In this document: piece by piece, positions 35,308 through 36,182 of the stretch
How the letters are laid out: every line of letters starts with the position of its first letter
Position numbering within the stretch: position 1 is the stretch's first letter
Source of the DNA: a virus
Lineage: Duplodnaviria; Caudoviricetes
Direction: 5' to 3' (one strand)
Length of the DNA: 36,182 nucleotides
Virus record (IMG/VR): IMGVR_UViG_3300017912_002026
Span: 1 to 36,182 of that record
The notes under the pieces: model-generated
Told to the model about the DNA's origin: nothing
The model's database searches: none
What the model saw: only the letters and a program-made list of their open reading frames with translations
Position numbers and translations under genes: made by a program

Positions 35308-36182
35308 TGGGTTACTTAGGTAATGAACCTGCTGACGTAGCAGTAACCGTAGGTCAAGGTGTTATAGATGCATCTCATATACAAGACTCTTCAATCACTA
35401 CTGCTGACTTAGGTAATGATGCAGTAACTCCTAATAAATTAGACGATGACGGAACTGGTTTTCAAATGGGAAGTCTTGGTCTTAATAGTTCTGTAATAGG
35501 CTCAGATAAATTTACTTTAGGAGGAAACGCCACATTAAAGGGAGATGGTTCTGACCAAACTTTAAAATGGCACAATGGTTCAGCTTATGTAAATGCAAAG
35601 TTAGATGTAAGGCAATTAGCAATATCATTTAGTGGTACAGATAAAGTTACGTCAGATACTAGCGGTAATTTTAATTTTTCAAGTAATATAACAATAAATA
35701 AAGGTGGTGCTTTATTTAACTTACAAGAACCAAGTGGTTCTCAAGCATATCTTTATAGTGGTGGTTCTTTTACAGCTTTTAGAACAACGTCAAACCATCC
35801 AATACATATAACTGCTAATTATAGTAGTTCTGATAAAGCAACTTTTGGAACTGATGGTTCTTTGACCTTAACAGGTGCAGTTACAGCTACTGGTAGTGAC
35901 TATATGATTAAATCAGTTAGCACAAGCACTACAAATGGTGATGCAATTAGAATAAGTGCAGAATCAGGAGTTGCACAGGGTAAGATAGAACTAGATTGGT
36001 TTAATGATAGTTCTCAAACAGGTGGTGGTTATGGAATGATCCAAGTTGGGAAAACATCTAATTCTCCTGAATTAAGAATAGGTGCATCAGCAGTTAGAAT
36101 AGGTAGTCAACAAGGTAGCCATGAATTAAAAGTTAATCGTTCTAGAATGAGACATATAGATGGAGTAGCTGATGCTAATGCT
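35307..36182 (+). CDS. Tail fibre, N-terminal part (3'-partial, in frame with 1..1218)
   Basis: ATG overlapping TAA with GGAG RBS; MGYLGNEP, I.D.SIT.ADL...AVT..KL; read as open to the last base (292 codons). Confidence 0.8.
   Translation, partial: MGYLGNEPADVAVTVGQGVIDASHIQDSSITTADLGNDAVTPNKLDDDGTGFQMGSLGLNSSVIGSDKFTLGGNATLKGDGSDQTLKWHNGSAYVNAKLDVRQLAISFSGTDKVTSDTSGNFNFSSNITINKGGALFNLQEPSGSQAYLYSGGSFTAFRTTSNHPIHITANYSSSDKATFGTDGSLTLTGAVTATGSDYMIKSVSTSTTNGDAIRISAESGVAQGKIELDWFNDSSQTGGGYGMIQVGKTSNSPELRIGASAVRIGSQQGSHELKVNRSRMRHIDGVADANA

Noticed and set aside
1-36182. Diversity-generating retroelement, introns/inteins or stop-codon reassignment
   Set aside because: No reverse transcriptase or template/variable repeat pair seen; terL, portal and capsid are uninterrupted; TAA, TAG and TGA all end genes normally.

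Overview
An apparently complete, circularly permuted ~36 kb temperate tailed-phage genome, AT-rich and podovirus-like (portal, scaffold, capsid, adaptor/nozzle and ejection proteins; no tail tube or tape measure recognised). Gene order: tail fibre (wraps across the window ends), lysis cassette with M15 endolysin, attP candidate, tyrosine integrase, divergent excisionase, exonuclease/SSB, lambda-O-like replication initiator and nin-like genes, a leftward early operon, then terminase, head and tail genes. Most notable: (1) the palindrome GTTTAAAC occurs at least 23 times, versus roughly one expected, several at regulatory junctions; (2) the early operon encodes a bacterial-type (Bd0055-like) histone-fold protein, and no CI-type repressor is recognisable; (3) I found no Pro-Gly or Gly-Pro dipeptide in the proteome, implying CCNGG and GGNCC avoidance strong enough to alter conserved motifs; (4) the tail nozzle appears split, with two alternative C-terminal modules, and a neighbouring Ig domain is split across a stop codon; (5) the early operon holds a T-loop tRNA-like mini-element and an 18-bp 'KESEV' stop/RBS repeat. 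All calls are by-eye motif recognition; no searches were run.
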